DNA of 64,000 bases from an uncultured Actinomycetes bacterium (GCA_963709345.1 CAVPVX010000001.1:390418-454417), one strand, 5' to 3'. Shown: positions 9,689 to 19,621, counted from the stretch's first letter. Numbers and translations: made by a program. Notes: a model not told the origin generated them from the sequence alone.

Positions 9689-10588
9689 TCAGGCAAGCCG
9701 CTTGGCCATACCGGCGACGATCTCGGCGACGACGCGCGCCGCCGCCCGCACGGAATCGTCGTCGCCGCCCATCCCCGACCGGGCTCCACACACGTCGGCG
9801 GCGGCCAGCAGGCCGGTCGCCACCGTGGCGACGCCCTCCGCCAGTTCGCGGCTCGTGAGACCGACCGGGTCGTCCACCCCCGCCAGTACCTCCATATCGA
9901 CTGACAGGTAGACCGCTTCGGTGCCGGTCGTCGCCGCCTCGAGCGCCTCTTCCGCGATCGTCGGCATGCCGTCGCGCGCAACGTCGGTAACGCCGTATCT
10001 GGACACGCCGAGGCCGTCGAGGACGCGGCGGGCGGGCGCGTCCGGGGGAGCCTCCCGCCCTCCGATCAGCACCAGGTTGGCTGGGACGACGACGCCGAGT
10101 TCCAGGGCCCGCGCCCAGCGCGACGAGGCCTCGTACCGCGGCTCAGCGGCTATGTCGTAGGAGGGGCTGAAGGCGACGATGCCGAGCCTTCCGCGCAGCT
10201 TGCCCGAGAGCACCTGCAGCACGGGCAGGCTCGTGAGGCCGTCCCCTCCGAGCACCAGGGGCACGGCGCCGGCTGCGAAGACATCGGCGAGGCGCTCGTG
10301 AACTCGAACGAAGGTCGTCTCGAGATCGCCGGAGGCGGCCACATCGCCGTAGTCGACGCCGCGCAGCGCCGTGCCGCCCCAACCGGCGTAGGCCGCCGAG
10401 GCGGACCGTACAGCCGCCGGAGCGCCGGGCGCGCCGCCCACGGGCACACCGACCGCCGCAAACGCAGCGCCGGAGAGCGCCTCCGGGTCGTCCACCTGGG
10501 GAAGTCCCATGAGGCCGGGCCCGGGCGGTGAGCCGGCGGGTTCGCCGCCGGCTGCAGCCCAGAGCCTCCTGATCTCGCCCGGATCCAC
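9689..10588 (-). CDS. Arginase/agmatinase (ureohydrolase)-fold protein with degenerate metal ligands
   Basis: DYGDV, PLVLGGDG, VYLSVDMEVL and PVGLTSRE match the fold, but the GGDH, DAHxD and DxD ligands are altered. Confidence 0.75.
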   Translation of the reverse strand: MDPGEIRRLWAAAGGEPAGSPPGPGLMGLPQVDDPEALSGAAFAAVGVPVGGAPGAPAAVRSASAAYAGWGGTALRGVDYGDVAASGDLETTFVRVHERLADVFAAGAVPLVLGGDGLTSLPVLQVLSGKLRGRLGIVAFSPSYDIAAEPRYEASSRWARALELGVVVPANLVLIGGREAPPDAPARRVLDGLGVSRYGVTDVARDGMPTIAEEALEAATTGTEAVYLSVDMEVLAGVDDPVGLTSRELAEGVATVATGLLAAADVCGARSGMGGDDDSVRAAARVVAEIVAGMAKRLA

Positions 10589-10595
10589 CGGTCCG

Positions 10596-11729
10596 TCACC
10601 AGCGGCGCATTACGCGCTGTCGCTCGACGTTCTCCTCGACGAGCTCGATGCCGAGTCCAGGCCCTTCGGGCACGAGGACGCGCGAGACGCCATCCGCGAC
10701 CTCCTGCCCGAGGCCGCGGCCGATGTCGTGGGTCATGCCGCCCGGCCGCCATGGCAGATCGGCATCGCAATGAGTCGCGTTCGCAAGCGCCGCGTTGAGG
10801 TGGAAGTGCGCAGCGAGCCCGATCGAGCTCTCGCCCATGTTGCCCATCATCACGCTGATCCCAGCCGCCTCGGCGATGGCGTTGACTTTGAGCGCGTTCA
10901 GGATGCCGCCCGTCTTCATGAGCTTCACAACGAAGATGTCGCACGCCTCCGCCTTGGCGCACGCCAACGCCTCTCGCGGACCGCGCACGCTCTCGTCGAG
11001 TGCGATAGGGACGTCGACGTGGCCGCGCACGAAGCGTGCCGCCTCGAGGTCGTCCATGCGCACCGGCTGCTCGGCGAACTCGATGCCGTGCCGCTCCAGC
11101 AGCTTGATGGCGCGGACCGCCGTCTTGGCGTCCCACCACCCTTGGTTCGCGTCGACGGTCAGGCGGGCGGCGGGACCTGCGGCCTCCCGCACGGCGGCAA
11201 CGCGCTGTTCGTCGCGCTCGGGGGCGTCACCCGTCTTGATCTTGAACACGGTGACGCCTTCGGCGCTCATGGCGCGCGACTTCGCGGCGAGCGTCTCCGG
11301 CTCGTCCCAGCCGAAAGCGACGACCTCCGGCAACGCGCGTCGCGAGCGGCCGCCGACGAGATCGAACAGCGGCCGCCCAAGGGCCTTACCCTGCAGATCC
11401 CACATCGCGATCTCCAGGCCGGCTCGGGCGGCCTGGTTGCCCACCGTGTACAGCTCGCGCTCCCAGCAGTGGACGATCGCTTCGACGGCGAAGGGGTCCT
11501 TGCCGATGACGGAGGGCGCGAGGTACTCGCCGATCACGTCCTGCACACTCCAGAGCGTGTCGCCGGTGAACTCGTATGCGGGGCACGCCTCGCCGATACC
11601 GGTGATCCCTTCGTCCGTCTCGACCCGGATCAAGTCGCAGGGGCCGATAGCGAGCGCCGACGAGGCGATCACGAACGGCTCATCCATGACCAGCTCGAGC
11701 GTGTCGACGTGCACTGCGGTGATCTTCAT
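10596..11729 (-). CDS. Enolase-superfamily dipeptide epimerase / muconate cycloisomerase-like enzyme
   Basis: FKIKTG, VDANQGW, EQP, ALDES, VKLMKTGG and MGES motifs. Confidence 0.9.
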   Translation of the reverse strand: MKITAVHVDTLELVMDEPFVIASSALAIGPCDLIRVETDEGITGIGEACPAYEFTGDTLWSVQDVIGEYLAPSVIGKDPFAVEAIVHCWERELYTVGNQAARAGLEIAMWDLQGKALGRPLFDLVGGRSRRALPEVVAFGWDEPETLAAKSRAMSAEGVTVFKIKTGDAPERDEQRVAAVREAAGPAARLTVDANQGWWDAKTAVRAIKLLERHGIEFAEQPVRMDDLEAARFVRGHVDVPIALDESVRGPREALACAKAEACDIFVVKLMKTGGILNALKVNAIAEAAGISVMMGNMGESSIGLAAHFHLNAALANATHCDADLPWRPGGMTHDIGRGLGQEVADGVSRVLVPEGPGLGIELVEENVERQRVMRRW

Positions 11730-11941
11730 GGGCGACGCTCCGCGAAGGAGGGGGATCGGTGTCCGGCTGCAAGTCTACGCCATGAGCGAGCCGCCCGGCG
11801 ATGGCGTGGACGCCCCCATAACGCACGCCGGGGCCGCAGCGCGCACCGTCGCGGACGCTTGTCCGCGCCCGCCGGCGGCCATATCATCTGGCAGCCTGCC
11901 ATCCACCTTCAGCAGCATGCGGACACGCGAGGAGAGCGGCC

Positions 11942-13000
11942 ATGACGAGCCGGATCCACTTCGAGAGCCACATCGAGAGAGCCGGGTTCCACAGCCCGCT
12001 GGAGGGCATGGAGTTCGCGGAACAGACCATCGAGGTGCGGACGGACCCGCTGACCGGCATGACGGCGGTCGCCTCCGAGGGCCTTGCCGAGAAGGAGGAA
12101 ATGTTCCTCGGCAAGACCGACTGGGAGTACACGGACGAGCTCGTGGCAAAGAGTCGCGAGAGTTGCTTCTTCTGCCCGGAGAAGGTCCAAGACGCGACGC
12201 CGCGCTACCCGGACGACCTGGTGCCCGGCGGCCGCCTGCAGCGTGGCCGGGCCCTCGTCTTCCCCAACCTGTTCCCGCTGGCCGGCGTGCATGCCGTGGT
12301 CGCCTACCCGGAGAAGCACTATCTGCGGCCGAGCGAGTTCACCCCAGACCTGCTCGAGGAGGGGCTGGGCGCGGCCCTCGACTTCATCCGCCGCGCCGAG
12401 CGCCACTACCCGCACCTGGTCCACCTCGAGCTGTGCTGCAACCACATGCTGCCGGCCGGGGCCAGCCTGGTCCATCCTCACCTGCAGGTCTTCGGCGGGG
12501 AGACGCCGCCGTGGCAGGTCGACATGTACTGGCGCAGGTCGGCCGAGTGGCTGGCCGCCAACGGCGCCGGGTACTGGCAGGAACTCGTCGCGCTCGAGAG
12601 GGAGCTGGGCGAGCGTTACATCAACGGGTCGGAGGGCGCTCATTGGCTCACGCCGTTCGCGCCCGCCGGCGCCCGCGAGATCATCGCCGTCGTGCCGGGC
12701 GTCGACCGCCTCTCCCGGCTCGGCGACGATCACGCGCGAGGCCTCGCCGCCGGCCTATCCAAGGTCCTCTCGTGGTACGAGGACGAGGGCCTCTCGGCCT
12801 TCAACTTCACGCTCTTCGGCGGGCCGCTGCGCGGCCACGAGCCCGGCCTCCCCGTGGTGCTGCGCGTGATCGCCCGGACGGCCTTCAGGCGCGACTACCG
12901 CACCGACGACTACTTTCTCCAGAAGCAGCTCGGAGGAGAGCTCATGTTCACGCCACCCGAGACGATCGCGGCGCGGCTGCGTGAGCGTTTCGCAGACTGA
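11942..13000 (+). CDS. Galactose-1-phosphate uridylyltransferase-like (GalT/HIT) nucleotidyltransferase
   Basis: RTDPLTG, CFFCP, FPNLFP and AGASLVHPHLQ motifs. Confidence 0.85.
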   Translation: MTSRIHFESHIERAGFHSPLEGMEFAEQTIEVRTDPLTGMTAVASEGLAEKEEMFLGKTDWEYTDELVAKSRESCFFCPEKVQDATPRYPDDLVPGGRLQRGRALVFPNLFPLAGVHAVVAYPEKHYLRPSEFTPDLLEEGLGAALDFIRRAERHYPHLVHLELCCNHMLPAGASLVHPHLQVFGGETPPWQVDMYWRRSAEWLAANGAGYWQELVALERELGERYINGSEGAHWLTPFAPAGAREIIAVVPGVDRLSRLGDDHARGLAAGLSKVLSWYEDEGLSAFNFTLFGGPLRGHEPGLPVVLRVIARTAFRRDYRTDDYFLQKQLGGELMFTPPETIAARLRERFAD

Positions 13001-13090
13001 GCGTCTCGCCGGGATGCCGCTGCGCGAGCGGCTTGCCCGTCCGGCGACAATGCCGCATACTACTGAATCCCAGCCCGTCTGGGACCGCGT

Positions 13091-13166
13091 GGGGCATTAG
13101 CTCAGCTGGGAGAGCGCCTGGATCGCACCCAGGAGGTCAGCGGTTCGATTCCGCTATGCTCCACCA
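13091..13166 (+). tRNA. tRNA-Ala (anticodon CGC)
   Basis: GGGGCAT/ATGCTCC acceptor stem with G3:U70, D-arm AGCTCAGCTGGGAGAGC, anticodon arm CCTGG-ATCGCAC-CCAGG, GGTTCGATTCC T-loop, encoded CCA. Confidence 0.97.
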
Positions 13167-13303
13167 CCCCTTCTCCAGCGTCCGCTCTGCGTCTCGCGCC
13201 GCCTCCCTTCCCGCCTCGGCGGACCCGCGCGCGCTTCCGGCTCATAGTCCGCGGGGTCGCGACCGATACTCCTCAGTGTGAGACGCGACGAGAGGAGGCT
13301 CCG

Positions 13304-13666
13304 GTGGAGCTGGACGGAGCGACCATCGGGATCATCGGCGGAATCGTGGGCGTCACGGCCGGTTTCATCGGCGGTGTCGTCGGCACGCGTGCCTCGGTGA
13401 GGAACGCGCGCTCGCCCGCGGCGAGGGCCTTCATGGTGCGTATCGCGACAGCCTTGTGGGTCGTCATCGGAGCGATGATGGGGCTGCTCGTCCTCACCCT
13501 GCTCGGCGCGTTGCCCTTCTGGACTTACTGGGCCGTGTTCGTCCCGCTCATGTGCTGCCTCGGCCCGCTGATCGTGTGGACGAACCGCCGCCTGAGAAAG
13601 CTGGAGAGCGGCAGCCCTGTCGCCGGCGGCGCTACCCCTCCGAGTCGTCTATCCCCACGTCGGTGA
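13304..13666 (+). CDS. Small membrane protein (about 3 TM helices)
   Basis: GAGGAGG RBS; three hydrophobic stretches. Confidence 0.7.
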   Translation: MELDGATIGIIGGIVGVTAGFIGGVVGTRASVRNARSPAARAFMVRIATALWVVIGAMMGLLVLTLLGALPFWTYWAVFVPLMCCLGPLIVWTNRRLRKLESGSPVAGGATPPSRLSPRR

Positions 13667-13990
13667 GCTGAACCATCGGGGCGTCCGGATCGAAGCGGAC
13701 GACGCGTGATCCGCACTGAGGGCACACGGGCTGCGGAGCGTCGGCTGAGAACTCGTCCCCGCATTTGAGGCACGAGGCTGCCGCCGGCTGGTGGTCCCAT
13801 GCGGCGCGGCGCCCTTGAACAGCTCGTCCTCGCTCGTGAGCATCTCGACGCATGTCTCGGCGGAGTCCCGGGGGAAGTCGGCGGCCGGTGTCATGACGAG
13901 AAAGACATCTGTGACCCTGGTGGCGTGGTTGGCGACGGCGGCCTCTCGCGCCCGTTCGATGAGCCCTTGAGTGATGCCGGGTTCGTGCGC
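13632..13990 (-). pseudogene. hypA: HypA/HybF nickel metallochaperone, disrupted
   Basis: GAGG-ACC-GCG CAC GAA gives (M)HEPGITQGLIERAREAA...RVTDV with GCG in the start-codon position; a frameshift near 13800 leads to SCLKCG...CPQCGS zinc ligands. Confidence 0.75.
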
Positions 13991-14112
13991 GGTCCTCGCC
14001 TCTGTCCGTCTCTTTCTGATTCGCCCCCAGTCCTACCACGCCCGGCGTATACTCGTGCGCGGACCAGGCAGGCGCTCGGGGTCGCACGGCCCCGGATCGG
14101 AGGCTTCGGCAC

Positions 14113-14760
14113 ATGGCGGGAGAGATCGAGTTCACCAGCAACACCAGCGACCTCAGCTCCGACAACGGCTTCCAGTTCGAGTTCCGCTGCGACCGCTGCG
14201 GCAACGGCTATCGCACGGAGTTCGACACCTTCGAGCTGAGCGCCGCGACGAACGTGCTCGACGGCGCGAGCGGCCTGCTCGGCGGCTTCTTCGGACAAGC
14301 GGCCGATGTCGCCCAACGCGCCAAGTCGGCCGCGTGGGAGAAGGCGAGCGACAAGGCGTTCAGAAAGGCGGCCGAGGAGATCCGCCCCAAGTTCGTCCAG
14401 TGCCCGCACTGCAGTTCCTGGATGTGCCGGGAGCAGTGCTGGAACGAGAGGAAGGGCCTCTGCAAGCAGTGCGCCCCCGACCTCGGCGTCGAGATGGCGG
14501 CCGCCCAGGCCGACAGGTCCGTCGAGGAGGTGTGGGCGCACGCCAAGATGGCCGAGGAAGACAAACACCTCACCGAGGCCGACTGGCGGGAGGGCATCAC
14601 GGCCTCCTGCCCCAAGTGCGGTGCGGCGCAGGCGACCAACGCCAGGTTCTGCGCCCAGTGCGGGACCGACCTCAAGTCGTCGCCGCACTGCACGCAGTGC
14701 GGCGCCAAGCTGCAGCCCGGAGCGAAGTTCTGCAACGAGTGCGGCACGAAAGCCGGTTGA
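14113..14760 (+). CDS. Double zinc-ribbon (DZR) domain protein
   Basis: GFQFEFRCDRCG and multiple CxxC pairs; ARFCAQCG and AKFCNECG at the C-terminus. Confidence 0.85.
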   Translation: MAGEIEFTSNTSDLSSDNGFQFEFRCDRCGNGYRTEFDTFELSAATNVLDGASGLLGGFFGQAADVAQRAKSAAWEKASDKAFRKAAEEIRPKFVQCPHCSSWMCREQCWNERKGLCKQCAPDLGVEMAAAQADRSVEEVWAHAKMAEEDKHLTEADWREGITASCPKCGAAQATNARFCAQCGTDLKSSPHCTQCGAKLQPGAKFCNECGTKAG

Positions 14761-14794
14761 TTACTGCGTCTATCGCACGACTCCCGCTGCCTTG

Positions 14795-14823
14795 GCGCGA
14801 CGATTCTACGAGAATCGTCGCGC
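14795..14823. terminator. Perfect 13-bp inverted repeat (terminator or operator)
   Basis: GCGCGACGATTCT-ACG-AGAATCGTCGCGC between the DZR gene and a TTGTCT-N17-TAGAAC promoter-like site. Confidence 0.5.
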
Positions 14824-14933
14824 TAACGCTTGTCTCCCTCCGCTGCATCTGGTAGAACCTGAGCGTCAGTGGACGTCCGCCGCACCCGGCGCCAGCCGCC
14901 CGGGTCGCCGGTCATGAGGAGGGAGACGAGCAG

Positions 14934-16172
14934 ATGAAGGTCCTTATCGTCGGCGCGGGCATGCAGGGCCAGGTGCTCACCTGGAACCTCGGCCGCAACC
15001 CGGCAGTCACCGAGATCGTCGTCAGCGACTTCGACGAGAAGCGCGCGCAATTCGTCGCCGGGCAGGTCGGCAACGGCAAGGCCACGGCGATGTTCATCAA
15101 CGCCTCCGACGTCGACGCCGTCGCCAAGGCCGGCGAGGGCTGCAAGCTCATCGTCAACGCCGTGATCCCGCAGTTCAACAAGTCGATCATGCAGGCGTGC
15201 CTCAAGTGCGGCGCCGCCTACATGGACATGGCACAGGGCCAGACGCAGACGCAGACCATCGACGAGGCGTACCTCGACCAGATGACGCTCGCCCCCGAGT
15301 TCGCCAAGCAGGGCATCCTCGCGCTGCTCAGCACCGGCATGGACCCGGGCGTCACCAACACCTTCGCCGCCAACGGCTACGAGGACCTCGACAAGTGCTT
15401 CGAGATCCGCATCAAGGACTACGCGGTCTTCGAGAGCCCTGTACCGTTGCAGGTGTGGAGCCAGGAGACCTTCTACACCGACTGCGCGCAGCCGCCGCTG
15501 CTCTACGAAGACGGCGAGTTCAAGCGGGTCGAGATCTTCGGCCGCCGCGAGCACTACGAGTTCCCGCAGCCCTTCGGCCTCGGCGCCGTCATCTGCCACG
15601 ACCACGAAGAGGTCAGCACCCTGCCGCGCACGCTCCCCAAGAAGTACGGCGACAAGGGCCTGCGCTACGTCGACTTCAAGATGGGCGGGCCTGAGGACGG
15701 CATCGACGCGGACCTCGCCTTCGTCAGCTCGGGCATGGCCAGCAAGCAGCCCGTGACGCTGAAGGACGGTAGTAAGGTGCGGCCTATCGACGTCTTCGTC
15801 GCGTCGATGCCTCCGAACCCGCCGGCAGACGAGCTCGCCAAGCTCGCGCTCGCCGGCGAGATCACCGACTACGGCGTCGTCACCGTCGACTGCATCGGCG
15901 AGATCGGCGGCAAGCCCGCCTCCGTCGGCTACAACATCTTCCCGCCCGACATCAAGTACGTGAACAGCCTGATCCCCGGCGGCACCAGCGTAAGCTACGG
16001 CACCAGCACTCCGTCCAGCATCTACGCGGAGTTCATCGTCGAGGACAAGATCGCCACCAAGGGCATGGTCTGCCCTGAGGAACTGCCTCGCGCCGCACGC
16101 GACGCCTTCATCGCAGAGCTCGGCGAGCGCAACCTGCCGGTGACCCGCAAGGACGTCGTCACTGCCAACTGA
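14934..16172 (+). CDS. Saccharopine dehydrogenase-family protein (carboxy(nor)spermidine synthase-like)
   Basis: LIVGAGMQG Rossmann motif, IVNAVIPQFNKSIMQACLKCGAAYMDMA, GMDPGVTN, HEEV. Confidence 0.88.
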   Translation: MKVLIVGAGMQGQVLTWNLGRNPAVTEIVVSDFDEKRAQFVAGQVGNGKATAMFINASDVDAVAKAGEGCKLIVNAVIPQFNKSIMQACLKCGAAYMDMAQGQTQTQTIDEAYLDQMTLAPEFAKQGILALLSTGMDPGVTNTFAANGYEDLDKCFEIRIKDYAVFESPVPLQVWSQETFYTDCAQPPLLYEDGEFKRVEIFGRREHYEFPQPFGLGAVICHDHEEVSTLPRTLPKKYGDKGLRYVDFKMGGPEDGIDADLAFVSSGMASKQPVTLKDGSKVRPIDVFVASMPPNPPADELAKLALAGEITDYGVVTVDCIGEIGGKPASVGYNIFPPDIKYVNSLIPGGTSVSYGTSTPSSIYAEFIVEDKIATKGMVCPEELPRAARDAFIAELGERNLPVTRKDVVTAN

Positions 16173-16218
16173 GGCGCCCGACAGGATACGCCTTGGGCGC
16201 TCTCGAAGCCGGGAGCGC

Positions 16219-16256
16219 GGAGGGCCGGGGCTGCGAAAGCGCCCCGGCCCTCCTTT
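16219..16256 (+). terminator. Rho-independent terminator
   Basis: GGAGGGCCGGGGC...GCCCCGGCCCTCC followed by TTT. Confidence 0.7.
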
Positions 16257-16291
16257 CACTCGAGGCGCTGGTGGCTCCATTCCTCGAAGCG

Positions 16292-16696
16292 TCACAGGGT
16301 GAAGAGGTGATGCTCGGCGAACGCCTCGAGCGACGCCTCCCAGACCCTCGGCTCATCGACCCCAAGCCGGAGACGCCTGGCCTCGACGCAGTCGAGCAGC
16401 GTCGCGGCCAGACCAGTCCCACGGTGGTCGGGATGCACGAAATGATCGGCGGGCACTTCTCCCGCGGTCTCGGGCCACACCCAGGCGACTGCGACGACTT
16501 CGCCCCCTGCCGCGGAGACGACCCACCAATCCCGGTCGATGCGGCATTCCGTATCTCTCCACTCCGTCGCAAGGTCGTCCAGGTGCCCACGCGCCTCACC
16601 GGTGTCGTAGCACTCGGCCGCGTCCATCACCGATCGGGCGGCTGCGACATCGACAGGCCCGGCGTGACGAAGAACGTAGCCGTAGGGAGCAGGCAC
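16292..16696 (-). CDS. GNAT acetyltransferase, probably internally truncated
   Basis: VHPDHRGTGLA acetyl-CoA motif, after which the ORF ends abruptly. Confidence 0.6.
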   Translation of the reverse strand: MPAPYGYVLRHAGPVDVAAARSVMDAAECYDTGEARGHLDDLATEWRDTECRIDRDWWVVSAAGGEVVAVAWVWPETAGEVPADHFVHPDHRGTGLAATLLDCVEARRLRLGVDEPRVWEASLEAFAEHHLFTL

Positions 16697-16768
16697 GGTG
16701 GCTCCGAGTGAGTCGGACGGGCACGACCGCGGAGAGCACCTCGGCCGCCGAGGACCGCTGCGCCCAGC

Positions 16769-18175
16769 CTACTCCTCCACGCCGCAGAATCGCAGCGCCG
16801 CGAGAAGCAGCGTCTCCGCGGCGGTGCGTAGCTCGGCGATCGAGACGTACTCGTCGGCCATGTGCGCGACGCCCACGTCGCCGGGGCCGAACAACACCGT
16901 CGGGATGGCGCCCACGTTGACGAGCAGGCGCATGTCTGCGCCGTAGGTGACGCCCTCTATCGGTGCCGGCGCCCCCGTGATGGCCGTCGCCGCATCTACA
17001 ACCGCCCTGACGATCGGATCCGCCGCGGCGGTCACAGCGGGGTCGAAACGGCCGCCCCACCACTCCACCTCCGGCGGATGCTCCGAGAGCCAGGGGTCGG
17101 CCGCCGCGGCGCAGGCGATGGTTTCTTCGAACGCCCGCCGGGCCGAGGCTGGGTCCTCGCCGACGGCGACGCCGTAGCGCCCCTCAGCCACAAGCACATC
17201 TGGCACGCTGCTCGCCCAGTCGCCGGCGCGCAGGGTGCCCACCTCGATCGGCCACGGCAGCCGGTAGCGGGCAAACAGCGGTGAGCGGGGGTCCCCGGCC
17301 ATACCGGCCCCCATCGCCGGCGTGTCGGTCGAGCCGTCCGCGGAAGCGCAGGCGACGCCGCAACGCTCGGCCTCCAGCCGCCTCAGCGCCGCCAGCAGCG
17401 GCATTGATTTCTCGACGGCGCTGACGCCCTCTTCACGCACGCAACCGTGCGCCGAGAGGCCGCGAACGGTGACGCGGAACATGAGCGAGCCGGCTTGGGC
17501 CGCGACGACGCGAAGGCCCGTGGGCTCGACGACGATCGCCCCGTCGGCAGTGTGGCCGCGCAGAATCGTGGCCAGCGTGCCCGTGCCGCCGTCCTCTTCA
17601 CCGACCACGCTGGCCACCGAGACGCGGCCTCTCAGCCGGACCCCGGAGTCGCGGATCGCCTTCACGGCGAAGAGCGCGCAGCAGAGGCCGCCCTTCATGT
17701 CGACGGCGCCGCGGCCATACACCCGGCCGTTCCTGACGGCCGGCTCCCACGGCGGCGTGGTCCATGCAGCCTCGTCACCCACCGGGACGACATCGATGTG
17801 GCCGTTCAGCATGAGGTCGCGGCCGGAGGCGGCGCCTGAGGCAGTCCGGCCGGCTGCCTTCTCCCCGCACCAGCACACCACCCCGAGCGCCTCATCTCGA
17901 TCCACCTCGTGGAACCAGTCGGGGTGACGGCCGAGCTCGTCCAGGTCAACGGGCCAGACGTCGGTCGCCAGACCGGCGCCGGCCATCCACCCGGCGACGC
18001 GGCGCTGGGCGCGCGACTCGTGGCCGTCGAGGCTGGGGATGGCGATCAGCTCGAGAAGAAGGGCGACCAGGCCTTCGTGGTCCAGCGCAGCGAGGGCACG
18101 CCGCTCGACCGCGCTCGGCACGGCGCTCGCGCGCGGCGACCTGCGATCATCGGCGGCGTCATCATGGCTCGTCAC
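16769..18175 (-). CDS. M20 family ArgE/DapE-like deacylase
   Basis: LNGHIDVVP, GRGAVDMKGG, GEEDGG, GLSAHG, YGADMR and AHMADEY motifs. Confidence 0.9.
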   Translation of the reverse strand: MTSHDDAADDRRSPRASAVPSAVERRALAALDHEGLVALLLELIAIPSLDGHESRAQRRVAGWMAGAGLATDVWPVDLDELGRHPDWFHEVDRDEALGVVCWCGEKAAGRTASGAASGRDLMLNGHIDVVPVGDEAAWTTPPWEPAVRNGRVYGRGAVDMKGGLCCALFAVKAIRDSGVRLRGRVSVASVVGEEDGGTGTLATILRGHTADGAIVVEPTGLRVVAAQAGSLMFRVTVRGLSAHGCVREEGVSAVEKSMPLLAALRRLEAERCGVACASADGSTDTPAMGAGMAGDPRSPLFARYRLPWPIEVGTLRAGDWASSVPDVLVAEGRYGVAVGEDPASARRAFEETIACAAAADPWLSEHPPEVEWWGGRFDPAVTAAADPIVRAVVDAATAITGAPAPIEGVTYGADMRLLVNVGAIPTVLFGPGDVGVAHMADEYVSIAELRTAAETLLLAALRFCGVEE

Positions 18176-18182
18176 GCTTCGC

Positions 18183-19058
18183 TCACTCCGGGTCGCGCAA
18201 TACCGGCCGCGTCAGGCAGGTCGGCCCGCCCTCGGCCTTGAACGACAGCGGCTCCCCGGGGAAGGTGACGACCTCGCAGTCGGCCATCTCGAGCAGTTCC
18301 TTCGTCCCCGGGCTGCTCTCCAGCATGATGCAACGTCGTGGCGCGACCGTCAGCACGTTGGTGGCCTGCGTGTGCAGAAACTCCTCCTCGGGCACCTCGA
18401 GCAGCCGTACGCCGCGGCGCTTGAGCTCGGCCCAGAACGCGGTCGGCATCAGCGGCGGGTACGCGACCGCGAGATCGACGTCCACAGGGCTGATGAGACT
18501 GAGCAGGTGCAGGCAGGCGTCGGGACCGGTGAAGAACGGCAGGTCAAAGTCGAGCACCGTGACGCCGAGCGGCTCGAGAAGGACGCGGAGCTGGCGCACA
18601 CCCTCCGCGTTCGTCCGAAAGCCGCGGCCGACTGCCAGCGTGTCGTGGTCGAGCCACATCGTGTCTCCGCCCTCGACGCGTGCCTCGCCCTCGAGGCGAC
18701 CGTAGATGGGCACACCGCAGCCCTGCAGAGTCCGCCCAAGCGGCTCTTCCTCACCGCGGCGCGCCTCCTTGCCCATGCTGAGCAGCAGTGTCCCGCGATC
18801 AGTGACGAGCGCCGGGTCGAACACGAAGACGCTGTCGCTGTGATCGGGGAGCGGCTCGTCGTGGTACAGGACCTCGACGTCCCAGGCACGCAGCGCGTCG
18901 GCGAAGGCGTCGTGCGCGCCGCGGGCGGCGTCGAGGTCGATGGCGCTCGTGTAGTGCCACGCCTTCGGGTCGGCGGCGGCCATCGCTTCACCGGGCCGCC
19001 GCATCACCACACGGCGCAGGCGGCCGACCATTCCCTGCGCACCGTGACCCTCAGCCAT
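18183..19058 (-). CDS. Dimethylarginine dimethylaminohydrolase / arginine deiminase-family (pentein) hydrolase
   Basis: DSVFVFDP, RRGEE, EGGD, RTNAEG, LHL and GGPTCLTRP (catalytic Cys). Confidence 0.88.
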   Translation of the reverse strand: MAEGHGAQGMVGRLRRVVMRRPGEAMAAADPKAWHYTSAIDLDAARGAHDAFADALRAWDVEVLYHDEPLPDHSDSVFVFDPALVTDRGTLLLSMGKEARRGEEEPLGRTLQGCGVPIYGRLEGEARVEGGDTMWLDHDTLAVGRGFRTNAEGVRQLRVLLEPLGVTVLDFDLPFFTGPDACLHLLSLISPVDVDLAVAYPPLMPTAFWAELKRRGVRLLEVPEEEFLHTQATNVLTVAPRRCIMLESSPGTKELLEMADCEVVTFPGEPLSFKAEGGPTCLTRPVLRDPE

Positions 19059-19150
19059 TCGTGCCTCCTCGTCCGGTGGCGGCAGCTTCCGGAGCGCCGG
19101 GCTCGCCCTCGCGCCACGCCCGCAGGCGGCCGAGGCGGCCTACAGGGCCG

Positions 19151-19621
19151 TCAAGCGCCGTGTATCTTGCGCTGCCACGGGGCCCACGACGTGGGCCGGT
19201 TCATGTCGGCGTACTGATGCACGGGCGTGTCCGTCGGGTTCCTGAGAACGAGCAGGCCGTCAACATCGACGACGGCTACGCTGGACCCCTGCATGAGCGC
19301 GAACAGGCTCAAGATGGCAACCGCATCGGCGCCGCCGCCGAGCTCGTCCACCGAGAGCGTGTGGTTGGAGAGCACGCGCTTCCAAGTGGTCGTGAGGCGC
19401 TCCCAGGTGAGGTCGACCCGCACACCGCGAACGAGCAGGGACGCGTGTGCGTCGTCGGACGCGACGATGCGGCCCTTGCCGCGCCAGAAGATGAGCGGGA
19501 ACTCCGTACCGATCATTCCCTCGCTCCGGTGCTTCATGGTCTCGATTGAGATCGCGACGTCGCCGGCCCTATCCATGTGCGTTCCGGCATCGCCGCGCTT
19601 CATCACGTCATCGGGGATCAT
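19151..19621 (-). CDS. Hypothetical protein
   Basis: 156-aa ORF with GGAGG RBS and coding-like composition; no family recognised. Confidence 0.55.
   Translation of the reverse strand: MIPDDVMKRGDAGTHMDRAGDVAISIETMKHRSEGMIGTEFPLIFWRGKGRIVASDDAHASLLVRGVRVDLTWERLTTTWKRVLSNHTLSVDELGGGADAVAILSLFALMQGSSVAVVDVDGLLVLRNPTDTPVHQYADMNRPTSWAPWQRKIHGA

Noticed and set aside
13091-14000. tRNA-Ala as the integration site of a mobile element
   Set aside because: No integrase or transposase gene and no duplicated tRNA 3' end were noticed in the window
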